A DNA stretch of 61,371 nucleotides from an uncultured Bacillales bacterium (lineage in GTDB: Bacteria; Bacillota_I; Bacilli_A; RF39; UBA660), in NCBI GenBank assembly GCA_947306705.1, contig CAMZHD010000001.1, positions 1-61,371 on the forward strand. The letters are read 5' to 3'. A model generated the notes under the pieces. It was given only the letters and a program-made list of their open reading frames with translations, made no database searches and was not told the DNA's origin. A program made the position numbers and the translations under genes. This document shows, in pieces, positions 35,358-44,408 of this stretch; the stretch's first letter is position 1, and every line of letters starts with the position of its first letter.

Positions 35358-36484
35358 CCACTCGTCTCCTCTCCAATAAATACATCATGGAACCATAGAG
35401 TTGGATAACCAATATACTTCACTGAGTACTTAACGACTCCTAATACCTCTTCATCTTTGACTTTAAAGGAGTCAGGGGTTTTATTGGCATCTCCTTTAGT
35501 TTGAAACTGATAATGACTGTCTATTTTTTCTATATTCATTACTCTATGAGTAACAATTATTCCTTCTTTTTTGAAAACTAATATTTCTCCAATTTCTACA
35601 TTCTTAGCAGCTTTCTTTTGATAGACAACTGCATCTCCTCTACAATACGTTGGTTTCATGGAATTAGAACCAATCGAAATCATTGTATGAGTGAAGAATC
35701 CAGATACTAGGAATACTAGTATCAATAGAAATGTAAATGCTGGAATATAAAATAATCTTCTTATGGTTTGTTTTTGATATATTTCTTGTTTATCTTGGTA
35801 GTGACTTAATCTTCCTACAAAGAAATAAACTCCATAAGGTAATGCAATATTCGCAACTGCATATAAATAGTTTCCTAAACTAGGAATAATTGGTAGTACC
35901 AATTCATATAAGTATAAAGATAGTTTAAATACAATACTTGGTTTATAACTAACTTTATAAGTGATATAGGAACAAACGGCTTCTCTACTTATAATTGGTA
36001 ATACAACGGTTGTTGCAAATATAAATAGAGCTTCATGATCTGCTAGATTCAAACCATTTATTTCTAGGATAATATTTAAACATGATAAAACGAAAGCATA
36101 CAAAAGTACAGGTAATTTTTGATGTGGTGTATTACGACAGATAATATATCGTACAATTTCTTCCAAAACAATTACAATGGTTCCCAATCCAATGATTCTT
36201 AATAAATAATCTCCATTGAATGAGAAAACTGTATGATGGAATCCTGTTAATAATCCAATCATATAGATTGTTAATAAATATACCAAGATACTAGATATTA
36301 CAATTCTAGTAACGATTTTTTGAGTATAATTATTATCTTTCATCATTCCAAATCTAGCAATAAAGTATATAGATATTAAAATGATGGATAAATCTAATAG
36401 ATAAGGATTTCGTATGATTTGAGTAAATACTATCATACAAATAAATAATAATAATTCTAAAAAATAGATTTCCCATTTTTTCAT
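35354..36484 (-). CDS. SipW-type (ER/archaeal-type, Ser-His) signal peptidase I fused to an N-terminal ~260-aa polytopic membrane domain
   Basis: The C-terminal domain has SIGSNSMKPTYCRGDAVVY (catalytic Ser in SMxP) and GIIVTHRV (His). About 8 hydrophobic segments precede it. Confidence 0.7.
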   Translation of the reverse strand: MKKWEIYFLELLLFICMIVFTQIIRNPYLLDLSIILISIYFIARFGMMKDNNYTQKIVTRIVISSILVYLLTIYMIGLLTGFHHTVFSFNGDYLLRIIGLGTIVIVLEEIVRYIICRNTPHQKLPVLLYAFVLSCLNIILEINGLNLADHEALFIFATTVVLPIISREAVCSYITYKVSYKPSIVFKLSLYLYELVLPIIPSLGNYLYAVANIALPYGVYFFVGRLSHYQDKQEIYQKQTIRRLFYIPAFTFLLILVFLVSGFFTHTMISIGSNSMKPTYCRGDAVVYQKKAAKNVEIGEILVFKKEGIIVTHRVMNIEKIDSHYQFQTKGDANKTPDSFKVKDEEVLGVVKYSVKYIGYPTLWFHDVFIGEETSG

Positions 36485-36503
36485 GTGATCAACCCCATTA
36501 TGA

Positions 36504-36541
36504 TTATAAGAATTATCCCATAGGAGGGATAATTCTTATAA
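36504..36541 (-). other. Perfect 16-bp intra-operon RNA stem-loop between the small-subunit gene and the peptidase gene
   Basis: TTATAAGAATTATCCC-ATAGGA-GGGATAATTCTTATAA. No U-tract follows on the minus strand. Confidence 0.7.
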
Positions 36542-36549
36542 TACTCGGA

Positions 36550-37101
36550 TTAATTTGTTTTTGCTTCGTAATCTAAACCAACTGTAAGAGCTACTGTTAC
36601 ATCATCAGAAGGTAAATCTGTTGCCTCTTCTGGTAAAAGGTATTCAACATGTACTTTTACAGTATGAGAAGCGTTTCCAGCTAAAGCGATTGCTAAGCCA
36701 TCAGTTGTTTCTGTATAGTCAGTTCCATTATAAGTTACTGTATAATCGATAAACTTCTTTTGTGCATCTGTTAATCCAGATAAAGTAATTTTCTTTAAAA
36801 GAGCATCGATTGTACCAAAGTTTTTAGCATTTACACTGAATTCATATTCGTCTCCAGGTTTTTCTAAGGTAACTTCATAAGTAATTAAAGTGTTACCTAC
36901 ATCCTTTGTGGTTGCAGTAATAGTAGTATTTTCATTAAATGTAGTAGTATCAAAATGTACATCCCAAACTGCTTTTGAGAATGTAGCACTACCATTAATA
37001 TTTAAAGTTTGTGCATATACTGCGTAACCAATTGACATAACTAATACAGCTGCTGCTAAAACAATCATAACAACATTTTGAACTAAATTTTCTTTTCTCA
37101 T
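36550..37101 (-). CDS. TasA/camelysin-like small secreted subunit (183 aa)
   Basis: N-terminal anchor and signal ...VLVMSIGYAVYAQTLNINGSATFSK. The beta-rich body includes TLEKPGDEYEFSVNAKNFGTIDALL, which from memory resembles the TasA L.PGD...F...N.G segment. Start set to the ATG at 37101, after GGAGGAG. Confidence 0.55.
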   Translation of the reverse strand: MRKENLVQNVVMIVLAAAVLVMSIGYAVYAQTLNINGSATFSKAVWDVHFDTTTFNENTTITATTKDVGNTLITYEVTLEKPGDEYEFSVNAKNFGTIDALLKKITLSGLTDAQKKFIDYTVTYNGTDYTETTDGLAIALAGNASHTVKVHVEYLLPEEATDLPSDDVTVALTVGLDYEAKTN

Positions 37102-37123
37102 ATTCTCCTCCAATCTTATCTTT

Positions 37124-37153
37124 ATTTTATCATTGTCTTTTTTTTCATGTAAA
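37124..37153 (-). promoter_or_regulatory. Putative sigma-A promoter of the fibre operon
   Basis: The minus strand reads TTTACA (37153->37148)-18 nt-TAAAAT with a TG extension (TGATAAAAT, 37132->37124). Confidence 0.45.
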
Positions 37154-37163
37154 TAAAATGCAA

Positions 37164-37205
37164 GAAAAAAAAAGAATAGTGTACTATACTTTACACTATT
37201 TTTTT
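37164..37205 (-). terminator. Rho-independent terminator of the HTH gene
   Basis: Stem AATAGTGTA/TACACTATT with an 8-nt loop. The minus strand continues TTCTTTTTTTTT. Confidence 0.75.
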
Positions 37206-37713
37206 AATTATTTAGTAATTTACAGTTATGATCATATAGAAATTCATTAATTTGAGATAGGTTATAAATGTGTTCTTTGAAACAGAATCGTAAGATTAAA
37301 TCATAGGTTGAATTCTTTGGGAGTGAGTAAGATGCACTTTTTAGTAAGTCTTCTATTTCTTCTTCACTACATTCTAGGGCGATTCCTAATAATAGAATGG
37401 TTTCTTTACTAGGATGATACTCTTTATCACTTCTAATTTTACTGAATAATCGACGATCAATATTTACTTTATTATAGACATCTGAGTCTTTTAAATTTTT
37501 AGAATCAATCATATTAAATAATTTCATTTGAAAGGTATCTTCTTCTTTTTCTTTATCAATATATTCTCCAATCGATCCAGATTCATTGCAGCATTCTTCT
37601 TCCATTCTAGCGGATGCCATCATTCTCTTCGCAACTGGTAATACTCCGATGAAGGCTCCTTCTGGATATTGATTCTGCATTAAGTATTTTTCTAATTTTA
37701 CTTTGATATTCAT
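37204..37713 (-). CDS. Putative HTH DNA-binding protein (169 aa)
   Basis: DVYNKVNIDRRLFSKIRSDKEYHPSKETILLLGIALECSEEEIEDLL is an XRE-like HTH arrangement seen in many Firmicutes. Start set to the ATG at 37713, after AAGGAGGGG. Confidence 0.5.
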   Translation of the reverse strand: MNIKVKLEKYLMQNQYPEGAFIGVLPVAKRMMASARMEEECCNESGSIGEYIDKEKEEDTFQMKLFNMIDSKNLKDSDVYNKVNIDRRLFSKIRSDKEYHPSKETILLLGIALECSEEEIEDLLKSASYSLPKNSTYDLILRFCFKEHIYNLSQINEFLYDHNCKLLNN

Positions 37714-37785
37714 AAATGTCCCCTCCTTGGCGACCAAATGGTTTTCTTTTTACGATATTATTATACCAGAAAAGGAGAGAGGATT

Positions 37786-38376
37786 ATGAAAAAAGAAAGA
37801 AAAAAATTGGATGTTGTCTTTATTCTAGACAAAAGTGGTTCTATGGGAGGAAGTGAAGATCATACGATTAGTAGCTTCAATGAATATTTAGAAAGGGAAA
37901 AGAAAAATCGTTTTGATACCTATATCACAACTATTTTATTTAGTGATTCTTATCACGTATTATACCAAGATAAAAATGTGAAAGAGGTTTCTCCTCTTAC
38001 AAGAGAAGAATACTATGTAGGTGGATGTACTGCTTTATATGATGCATTAGGAAACGCAATTCATTCTAAAGAACATTCTAAAAAAGCATTATTTGTTATT
38101 ATTACAGATGGATATGAAAATGCATCAAAGGAATATTCAAAAGATAAGATTCGTAAGATGATTAAGAGTCATTCTAACTTTGAATTTGTTTATATAGGAG
38201 CTGATATTGATTCTTATGCAACGGGAGGAGAACTCGGAATTAAAAGAGATAATATTGCGAATTATACAAAGTCAGGAGAAGGAACTTCTAAACTCTTTAG
38301 AGCTGTTGGTAACTTTGAATGTGCGATGATGGAAGAAAGCTGTGCATCTGCTTCTTGGAAAGAAGAGTTAGAGTAA
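37786..38376 (+). CDS. Cytoplasmic von Willebrand factor A (vWA) domain protein
   Basis: MIDAS motif DVVFILDKSGSMGG, later GGCTALYDAL and VIITDGYEN. Start set to the ATG at 37786, after AAAGGAGAGAGG. Confidence 0.7.
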   Translation: MKKERKKLDVVFILDKSGSMGGSEDHTISSFNEYLEREKKNRFDTYITTILFSDSYHVLYQDKNVKEVSPLTREEYYVGGCTALYDALGNAIHSKEHSKKALFVIITDGYENASKEYSKDKIRKMIKSHSNFEFVYIGADIDSYATGGELGIKRDNIANYTKSGEGTSKLFRAVGNFECAMMEESCASASWKEELE

Positions 38377-38380
38377 CTGT

Positions 38381-38408
38381 AAAATAGAGAATTTCTCTAT
38401 TTTTTTTC
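38381..38408 (+). terminator. Rho-independent terminator of the vWA gene
   Basis: Stem ATAGAGA/TCTCTAT followed by T8. Confidence 0.65.
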
Positions 38409-38447
38409 TTTTTTGTTTGTGGTATTCTATTAATAGTAGGTGGTTGT

Positions 38448-39209
38448 GTGATACGAAATAATTTTCATCGTAAAATGCAAGAAAAGATACAACAGTATTC
38501 CAATCAACAATATCTAGATGGATATGTAAAAAGAGAATTTCTTACAAATGATGGAGATGCTGATATCTTTTTCCATATTGATAATCGAAATGACCTAATC
38601 GATAGTTGTTCTTATGGGGAACAATTGTCTCTTGATTGGGGTGTTTATGATTTCTTAGAAGAAAAGACTTCTATGCTTGGAAGTGATATTCCTATCCACT
38701 TCCATATTAAAGGAATTGCATTACCTTCTAAAGAACAAGAAGCGATTCGTCATATTTTTAAAGAACATTATGCCATCGAATTATTTAAAGTACAAAAGAA
38801 ATATGTTCAATGTCGAAATAAAATTATTAAGTTAGTATGTTCTGGAACATTCTTTTTACTTGCTTATGCTCTTCTTTATTTATTTACAGATTTTGATTTC
38901 TTTATGACGGTATTTGGATTTTTATTTTCTTTCTCTTTGTGGGAGGCATTTGATGCTTATATCTATACTTTTAATGATATTAAAATTGAAAGAGAAGCTG
39001 TTACTCAGAATCTTTTAACCAATATTGTTTTTGAAGAAGAAAAGAATGTGGAAGAAGAGAAGGAAGAACCGGAAGAAGATATGGTAGAAGATCCTTCGAA
39101 TGGATTCTACCAAGAAGATGAAAATGAAAATCCACCAGAAGAGTCTGATGGATTTGATACAAACCATGTTCAAGAAGATATTCTTGATATTGATGAAGAA
39201 TTAATCTAA
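38448..39209 (+). CDS. Membrane protein with two TM segments and an acidic C-terminal tail
   Basis: Hydrophobic pair at residues ~130-175. The C-terminus is E/D-rich (EEEKEEPEEDMVED...). The start codon is uncertain (GTG at 38448 or the ATG 27 nt downstream). Confidence 0.4.
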   Translation: MIRNNFHRKMQEKIQQYSNQQYLDGYVKREFLTNDGDADIFFHIDNRNDLIDSCSYGEQLSLDWGVYDFLEEKTSMLGSDIPIHFHIKGIALPSKEQEAIRHIFKEHYAIELFKVQKKYVQCRNKIIKLVCSGTFFLLAYALLYLFTDFDFFMTVFGFLFSFSLWEAFDAYIYTFNDIKIEREAVTQNLLTNIVFEEEKNVEEEKEEPEEDMVEDPSNGFYQEDENENPPEESDGFDTNHVQEDILDIDEELI

Positions 39210-39210
39210 T

Positions 39211-39241
39211 AAAAAAATAGTATCTTGGATACTATTTTCTT
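39211..39241. terminator. Bidirectional terminator
   Basis: Stem AATAGTATC/GATACTATT with loop TTG, flanked by A and T runs. Confidence 0.75.
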
Positions 39242-39909
39242 TTTGCTTTTTCTTCTACATTTAAATACTTGTGTAGAACAGCAGCTAGTGAACCTCCTAC
39301 TAGTGGAGCAAGAATAAATAACCAAACTTGTTTTAAGGCATCTCCACATAAGAAGATTGCTGGTGCTAAACTTCTTGCAGGGTTAACAGAAGTTCCTGTT
39401 AGAGGGATTCCAATTAAATGCACAAATGTAAGAGTAAGACCAATTACAATTCCTGCAACGGTAGAATTCTTTTCCTCTTTTGTTACTCCTAGAATTGTAT
39501 ATACAAATACACAAGTTAATAATGCTTCTACAAAGAAGGCAGCTAATGCACCAATATTATTGGCAGACATTTCTCCGTAATAATTTGCTCCTAGAGCAGC
39601 AGTACCGAAATCTGTACTATTAAGTACTAATACTAAAACAGCAGTTCCTGTAATGGCTCCTAATAATTGGAATAATACATAGAACCAAAAGTCTTTAACT
39701 TTCATTCTCTTTGAGATTAGCATTGCTAGAGATACAGCTGGATTAACATGACATCCAGATATACTACCAAGGGCATAAGCTTCTGCTACAATTGCTAATC
39801 CAAAAGCTAAAGAAGTAGCTACTAAATTTCCCCCTGATACAACGGCAACTCCGGTTCCAAATAAAACTAAGACAAATGTCCCAAAAAATTCAGCAAAATA
39901 CTTTCTCAT
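39232..39909 (-). CDS. MIP-family channel (aquaporin/glycerol facilitator)
   Basis: Two NPA boxes (SGCHVNPAVS, GTSVNPARS) and six TM segments. Confidence 0.85.
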   Translation of the reverse strand: MRKYFAEFFGTFVLVLFGTGVAVVSGGNLVATSLAFGLAIVAEAYALGSISGCHVNPAVSLAMLISKRMKVKDFWFYVLFQLLGAITGTAVLVLVLNSTDFGTAALGANYYGEMSANNIGALAAFFVEALLTCVFVYTILGVTKEEKNSTVAGIVIGLTLTFVHLIGIPLTGTSVNPARSLAPAIFLCGDALKQVWLFILAPLVGGSLAAVLHKYLNVEEKAKRK

Positions 39910-40047
39910 GCGCGGTTCTCCTTTCTACATTTATTATAGTTTTTCTGGGAAAGCTTGTCAATTTTTTTAATGACTCAAAAGTAAACTTTTCTCTTTTTTA
40001 TTTCAAATGTTTATGTTATACTTATTTATATAGTAGGATGTGATGGT

Positions 40048-41586
40048 ATGTCAGATACAGATGTAAGAGACCTAAGGCAAGATCAAATCGCTCTTATGGT
40101 TGAAGACTTTTATAATCGAAACGAAATATTACATATTGTTCCCTATGGGTATTATGCAGAAAAAGTCATTGCAAAATACCTAGACTCTAATCTATCTCTT
40201 GATGCCATCCGAAGAGAACTTGAAAAATTAGTAGAAGAAAAAAAGAAACGTTTAAATGCACAATTTGATCCTACTATCGTGCAAAAGAACCATGAATTTA
40301 TCTATGCAAAATTAAGAAAATTAATTAAGTTATTAAATCGTTCAGGAGCAGATTATCATCTTGCGGGAGCCTTAGCTGCTTATGTTTATTATGGAATTGA
40401 ATCTACTCGTGTTCATGATGATATCGATATTCATATTAATGAAAAAGATATTAATAAATTAAAAAATGCTTGTGAAGCGATGGGATTAAAGTTCCATGAC
40501 AAACGTTTGAATTCTCCAAGAGTATTAATTAATGGAATTCCTACTGGAAAACATGAAATATCCGCAACTTCTGATAAGAGTGATTTCCATATTGGAGCTT
40601 TCTGTTTTGAACGTATGACTGATGGTTCTATTATTTCCAAAGGTTATTACCATGATGAAAATAATAAAGCTTGTGCAAGAGAAGTTATATTAAGTCCTGA
40701 ATTGGCAAAAGAGATTTATACTAGAAAACCAATCTATTTCCATGATTTACCTGTATTTATTACTTCTCCAGAATATTTATATTCTTTGAAGAATTATACA
40801 AGAACAGAAAAAGATTTAGTTGACATTGCATTTTTAGAGAAACATATTGATCGTGAAAAACTTGCGAGAATGCGTATTTTATCAAAAACAGACAAGCATG
40901 TTCAATGTGTTCGAGTAAATGGATTACCTGCTACTAGTAAAATTAATCGAAAAGCAATTGAAAATGATAATTCTGAACTAAGTAAGATGTTAGTTCATTC
41001 TGAGAAACCAGGAGACGAAAATCCTGTAGAAGAAAAACCTGTGGAATCTCCTGTAGAGGAAAAAGCACTTGAATCTTCTATAGAAGAAAGTCCTGTACAA
41101 TTAGAGGAACACTTAGAGAAACCTGCAGAAGCAACTTCTCAGGTAAGTCCTATTCATCCAGTACAAAATACTCCTGTAGAAACTCCTTCTGTTCCAATTC
41201 CTACACCAAAGGAAGAAAAGCCTGAGAAAGAACCGGAAGAAGAACATCTAGAAGCTGAGGAAGACTCTACAGAAGTATTAGAAGAAACAAAAAAATCCGA
41301 TTTATATGAAATGCTTCAGGAAGTTGAAGAAAGAGAAGAAGTTCATCATAGTACTTCTCGCCCAAAAGACTTGATTCAAGAACTTGATTCTTTCCATGAA
41401 CAAGATAGTATGAAACCACAAGGACTTGGAGAGTTTAAAACCTATTTTAAACAAAAGAGAGACCGATTTGTGGAAAAATGGAATGATTCTGATGAAACTG
41501 GATTTACTACAAAAGATAATATTCTAATTATTTTATTCCTTGTAGTTGGATTAACGGTTATCTTATTATTAATATTAACAAAATAG
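40048..41586 (+). CDS. Nucleotidyltransferase-fold protein with a Pro/Glu-rich linker and a C-terminal TM anchor
   Basis: ADYHLAGALAAYVYYGIESTRVHDDIDIHI resembles the G-x-A...R..DIDI core of Lnu/ANT-type nucleotidyltransferases. Residues ~330-410 are low-complexity (P/E/V). The final 20 residues are hydrophobic. Confidence 0.45.
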   Translation: MSDTDVRDLRQDQIALMVEDFYNRNEILHIVPYGYYAEKVIAKYLDSNLSLDAIRRELEKLVEEKKKRLNAQFDPTIVQKNHEFIYAKLRKLIKLLNRSGADYHLAGALAAYVYYGIESTRVHDDIDIHINEKDINKLKNACEAMGLKFHDKRLNSPRVLINGIPTGKHEISATSDKSDFHIGAFCFERMTDGSIISKGYYHDENNKACAREVILSPELAKEIYTRKPIYFHDLPVFITSPEYLYSLKNYTRTEKDLVDIAFLEKHIDREKLARMRILSKTDKHVQCVRVNGLPATSKINRKAIENDNSELSKMLVHSEKPGDENPVEEKPVESPVEEKALESSIEESPVQLEEHLEKPAEATSQVSPIHPVQNTPVETPSVPIPTPKEEKPEKEPEEEHLEAEEDSTEVLEETKKSDLYEMLQEVEEREEVHHSTSRPKDLIQELDSFHEQDSMKPQGLGEFKTYFKQKRDRFVEKWNDSDETGFTTKDNILIILFLVVGLTVILLLILTK

Positions 41587-41603
41587 CTTCGGCTATTTTT
41601 TTT
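41581..41603 (+). terminator. Rho-independent terminator
   Basis: Stem AATAGC/GCTATT with loop TTCG, followed by T8. Confidence 0.7.
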
Positions 41604-41631
41604 GTGATACAATAGGAATGAGGTTTTTATT

Positions 41632-42522
41632 ATGGAATTATTAAAAGCATGTATGTTGTGTCCTCATAAGTGTGGAGTTAATCGTTATGAAACAGTTGGT
41701 TTTTGTGGAGCAACGAATAAAGTAAGAGTTGCGGATTATCGTCTTCATATGTGGGAAGAACCAGTTATTTCTGGTACCAAAGGAAGTGGTACCGTATTCT
41801 TCTCTCATTGTAATATGAGATGTATGTACTGCCAAAATCAAAAGATTAGTCTTCATGGATATGGAAAAGATATTTCGAATAAACGATTAAAAGAAATCTT
41901 TTTGGAATTACAAAAGATGGGAGCTCATAATATTAATTTAGTAACCCCTACTCCGTATATTCCACAGATTGCATCTGTCCTAAAGAAAATTAAAAATACT
42001 GAATTAGCAATACCGGTTGTTTATAATACGAGTAGTTATGAAAATATTGGTGCTTTGATGGTCATGAAAAATCTTGTTGATATTTATCTAGCGGATTTAA
42101 AGTACTATGATGATGAACTAGGAAGAAAGTATTCTTTCTCTGATCATTATTTTGAAACAGCTACTCTTGCGATTGATGAGATGTACAGACAAGTTGGTTC
42201 TTTAGAATTCCAAAAGAATGGATTATTAAAAAAAGGAGTCATTGTACGAGTACTTATTCTTCCAGGACATTTAGATGACGCGAAGAAGATATTAGAATAT
42301 TTATATCATACGTATCATGATGAAATCTTTATTAGTATTATGAATCAATATACTCCAGTTGTGCATTGCCCTTATGAGAATTTAAATCGAAAGATTACAG
42401 AAGAAGAGTACGATGAAGTGATAGATTATGCCTATTCAATTGGAATACGGAATGCTTTTATTCAAGAAGGAGATACGGCTGATGAGAGTTTTATCCCTGA
42501 TTTTAATAAAAAAAAGATATAA
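41632..42522 (+). CDS. Radical SAM protein, PflX/PflA-like activase family
   Basis: CNMRCMYCQN (CX3CX2C), an N-terminal extra Cys pair (CMLCPHKCGV), size ~296 aa. Confidence 0.75.
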   Translation: MELLKACMLCPHKCGVNRYETVGFCGATNKVRVADYRLHMWEEPVISGTKGSGTVFFSHCNMRCMYCQNQKISLHGYGKDISNKRLKEIFLELQKMGAHNINLVTPTPYIPQIASVLKKIKNTELAIPVVYNTSSYENIGALMVMKNLVDIYLADLKYYDDELGRKYSFSDHYFETATLAIDEMYRQVGSLEFQKNGLLKKGVIVRVLILPGHLDDAKKILEYLYHTYHDEIFISIMNQYTPVVHCPYENLNRKITEEEYDEVIDYAYSIGIRNAFIQEGDTADESFIPDFNKKKI

Positions 42523-42570
42523 TTTTGTAATTTCAAATGAATTATGTTATGATATTTCTAGGAGGTTAAT

Positions 42571-43122
42571 ATGAAAAAGTTTTTGTTATTATTAGTAGTT
42601 GTATTACTAGTACCTTTTATGGTTTTTGCTGATGAAGGAGAAGAAGATTTATTAATTGCTACTTCTAATGAAGTAAAAGTTTATTTCTTTAGAGGAGAAG
42701 GATGCCCTCACTGTGCTGATGCTGAAACTTTCTTTCAATCTATTGAAGAAGAATATGGAAGTATGTTTGAAATCGTAGATTATGAAACTTGGTATAACAC
42801 AGAGAATGCTGCTTTGCTTGAAAAAGTTGGAGAAGTAAGAGGAGAAGAAATCGGTGGAGTTCCTTATATCCTTATTGGAAATAAATCATGGAATGGATTT
42901 ACAGATGAATGGGGACAAGAAATGCTTGCTGAAATAAAATCTCAATATAATGTAGATCCTGCTGAAAGATATGATGTTATGCAACTAATTGAGACTGGTT
43001 CAACTGGTGGAGAAGAAAAGAAATCTGTTGGATCTGATATTTTAAGTTTAGTAATCATCTTATTAATAGCTTGTGGAATTGGATTTGGAATTTCAAAAGC
43101 TAGAAGTACAGTAACTGAATAA
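42571..43122 (+). CDS. Extracytoplasmic thioredoxin-fold thiol-disulfide oxidoreductase with a C-terminal TM anchor
   Basis: Signal peptide, CPHC active-site motif (FFRGEGCPHCADAE), C-terminal hydrophobic segment. Confidence 0.65.
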   Translation: MKKFLLLLVVVLLVPFMVFADEGEEDLLIATSNEVKVYFFRGEGCPHCADAETFFQSIEEEYGSMFEIVDYETWYNTENAALLEKVGEVRGEEIGGVPYILIGNKSWNGFTDEWGQEMLAEIKSQYNVDPAERYDVMQLIETGSTGGEEKKSVGSDILSLVIILLIACGIGFGISKARSTVTE

Positions 43123-43147
43123 AAAAAGACCTGAATGGTCTTTTTTA
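43121..43147. terminator. Bidirectional terminator
   Basis: AAAAAAAGACC-TGAAT-GGTCTTTTTT. Confidence 0.75.
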
Positions 43148-43396
43148 TTTGTTCTTAAATTTATCAAAGATGTTATTAATATCAAATTCTGAGTAAGAAT
43201 CTACTATTTCTTTTATTGGTTCTATTTCATCCATAATATTTCGATAGACTTTGTAAGCAGTAAAAGATAAAGCAATAATAATTAGAAGAGTAAATACAAA
43301 TTTCAAAATACTAAGAATTTTTCTATTTCTTTCTCTCTTTTCTATTTTTTCTACTCTTTCTTCTAATTCATCTAATTTCTTATTTAATTCTTCCAT
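43145..43396 (-). CDS. Small single-TM coiled-coil protein (83 aa)
   Basis: Charged helical N-terminus with a central hydrophobic segment. Confidence 0.4.
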   Translation of the reverse strand: MEELNKKLDELEERVEKIEKRERNRKILSILKFVFTLLIIIALSFTAYKVYRNIMDEIEPIKEIVDSYSEFDINNIFDKFKNK

Positions 43397-43419
43397 AACA
43401 ATCTCCTATTCTATATTTA

Positions 43420-44364
43420 TTATAACATATTTTTTATTTTTAATATGATCGCAATAATGATGGATAGAACTAAGGAACCTATACTAATGATTAATACAGA
43501 TTGAGGAGAGGTTGATAAGAACCCTAGTGGTACATTCATTCCTAAGAAAGAATATATCATGGTAGGAATGGATAATACAATGGTTGCTCCTGCTAGGAAC
43601 TTCATTACTATATTTAAATTATTAGAAACAATCGTTGCATACGTATCGGTAATAGAAGATAAGATATCTCGATAGATACCACTCATTTCAATTGCTTGTT
43701 TATTTTCAATAATGGCATCTTCTAATAAATCATTATCATTTTCAAATAATGGGAATATCGTTCCTTTAGATAGTTTTTCTAATACTAAATCATTAGCTTT
43801 TAGAGAAGTAATAAAATAAACTAATGTTTTTTCAATCTCTAATAGATCAATTAAATCTTTATTCTCTGTTGATTTCTTTAATACTTGTTCTTTCTTTTCG
43901 ATATCATTATTGACTTGTTTTAAAGCTCTTAAATAATAGTTAGATGTTTTTAATAGAATCTGTATTAAGAAACGTACTTTTTTAGCAGTTCTAAAGTCTT
44001 TTACTTTATCCTTTTTAAAGTCTTGTAGAATGGTTGTTTTCTTTGGGGATACTGTGATGACATAATTATTATCTGTAATGATGATTCCTAGGGGATAGGT
44101 TGTATAAACATGAGCCGTATCTCCTTCTTCTAGGAATGGGGTATCAATAACGACTAAGGTAGCATTTCCACTTTGTTCTACACGAGGACGTTCTTCATCA
44201 TCTAACATTTTTAAGATTAAGTCTTTATCTACACCAGTTCTTGCGACTACTTTTTCAATTTCATCCGATGTCGGAGTGCTTAAATCTATCCAGGAATCGA
44301 CTGAGATTCTTTTAATTCTTTTAATACTTTTATCTGTTGCATTTGTCTTATATACTTTTAACAT
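43420..44364 (-). CDS. corA: CorA-family magnesium/cobalt transporter
   Basis: GMN signature (FLGMNVPLG) between two C-terminal TM segments. Start set to the ATG at 44364, 8 nt after AAGGGAG. Confidence 0.85.
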   Translation of the reverse strand: MLKVYKTNATDKSIKRIKRISVDSWIDLSTPTSDEIEKVVARTGVDKDLILKMLDDEERPRVEQSGNATLVVIDTPFLEEGDTAHVYTTYPLGIIITDNNYVITVSPKKTTILQDFKKDKVKDFRTAKKVRFLIQILLKTSNYYLRALKQVNNDIEKKEQVLKKSTENKDLIDLLEIEKTLVYFITSLKANDLVLEKLSKGTIFPLFENDNDLLEDAIIENKQAIEMSGIYRDILSSITDTYATIVSNNLNIVMKFLAGATIVLSIPTMIYSFLGMNVPLGFLSTSPQSVLIISIGSLVLSIIIAIILKIKNML

Positions 44365-44408
44365 ATTAAACACTCCCTTTCAGCATGGACTATTATATCA
44401 CAAAATAC

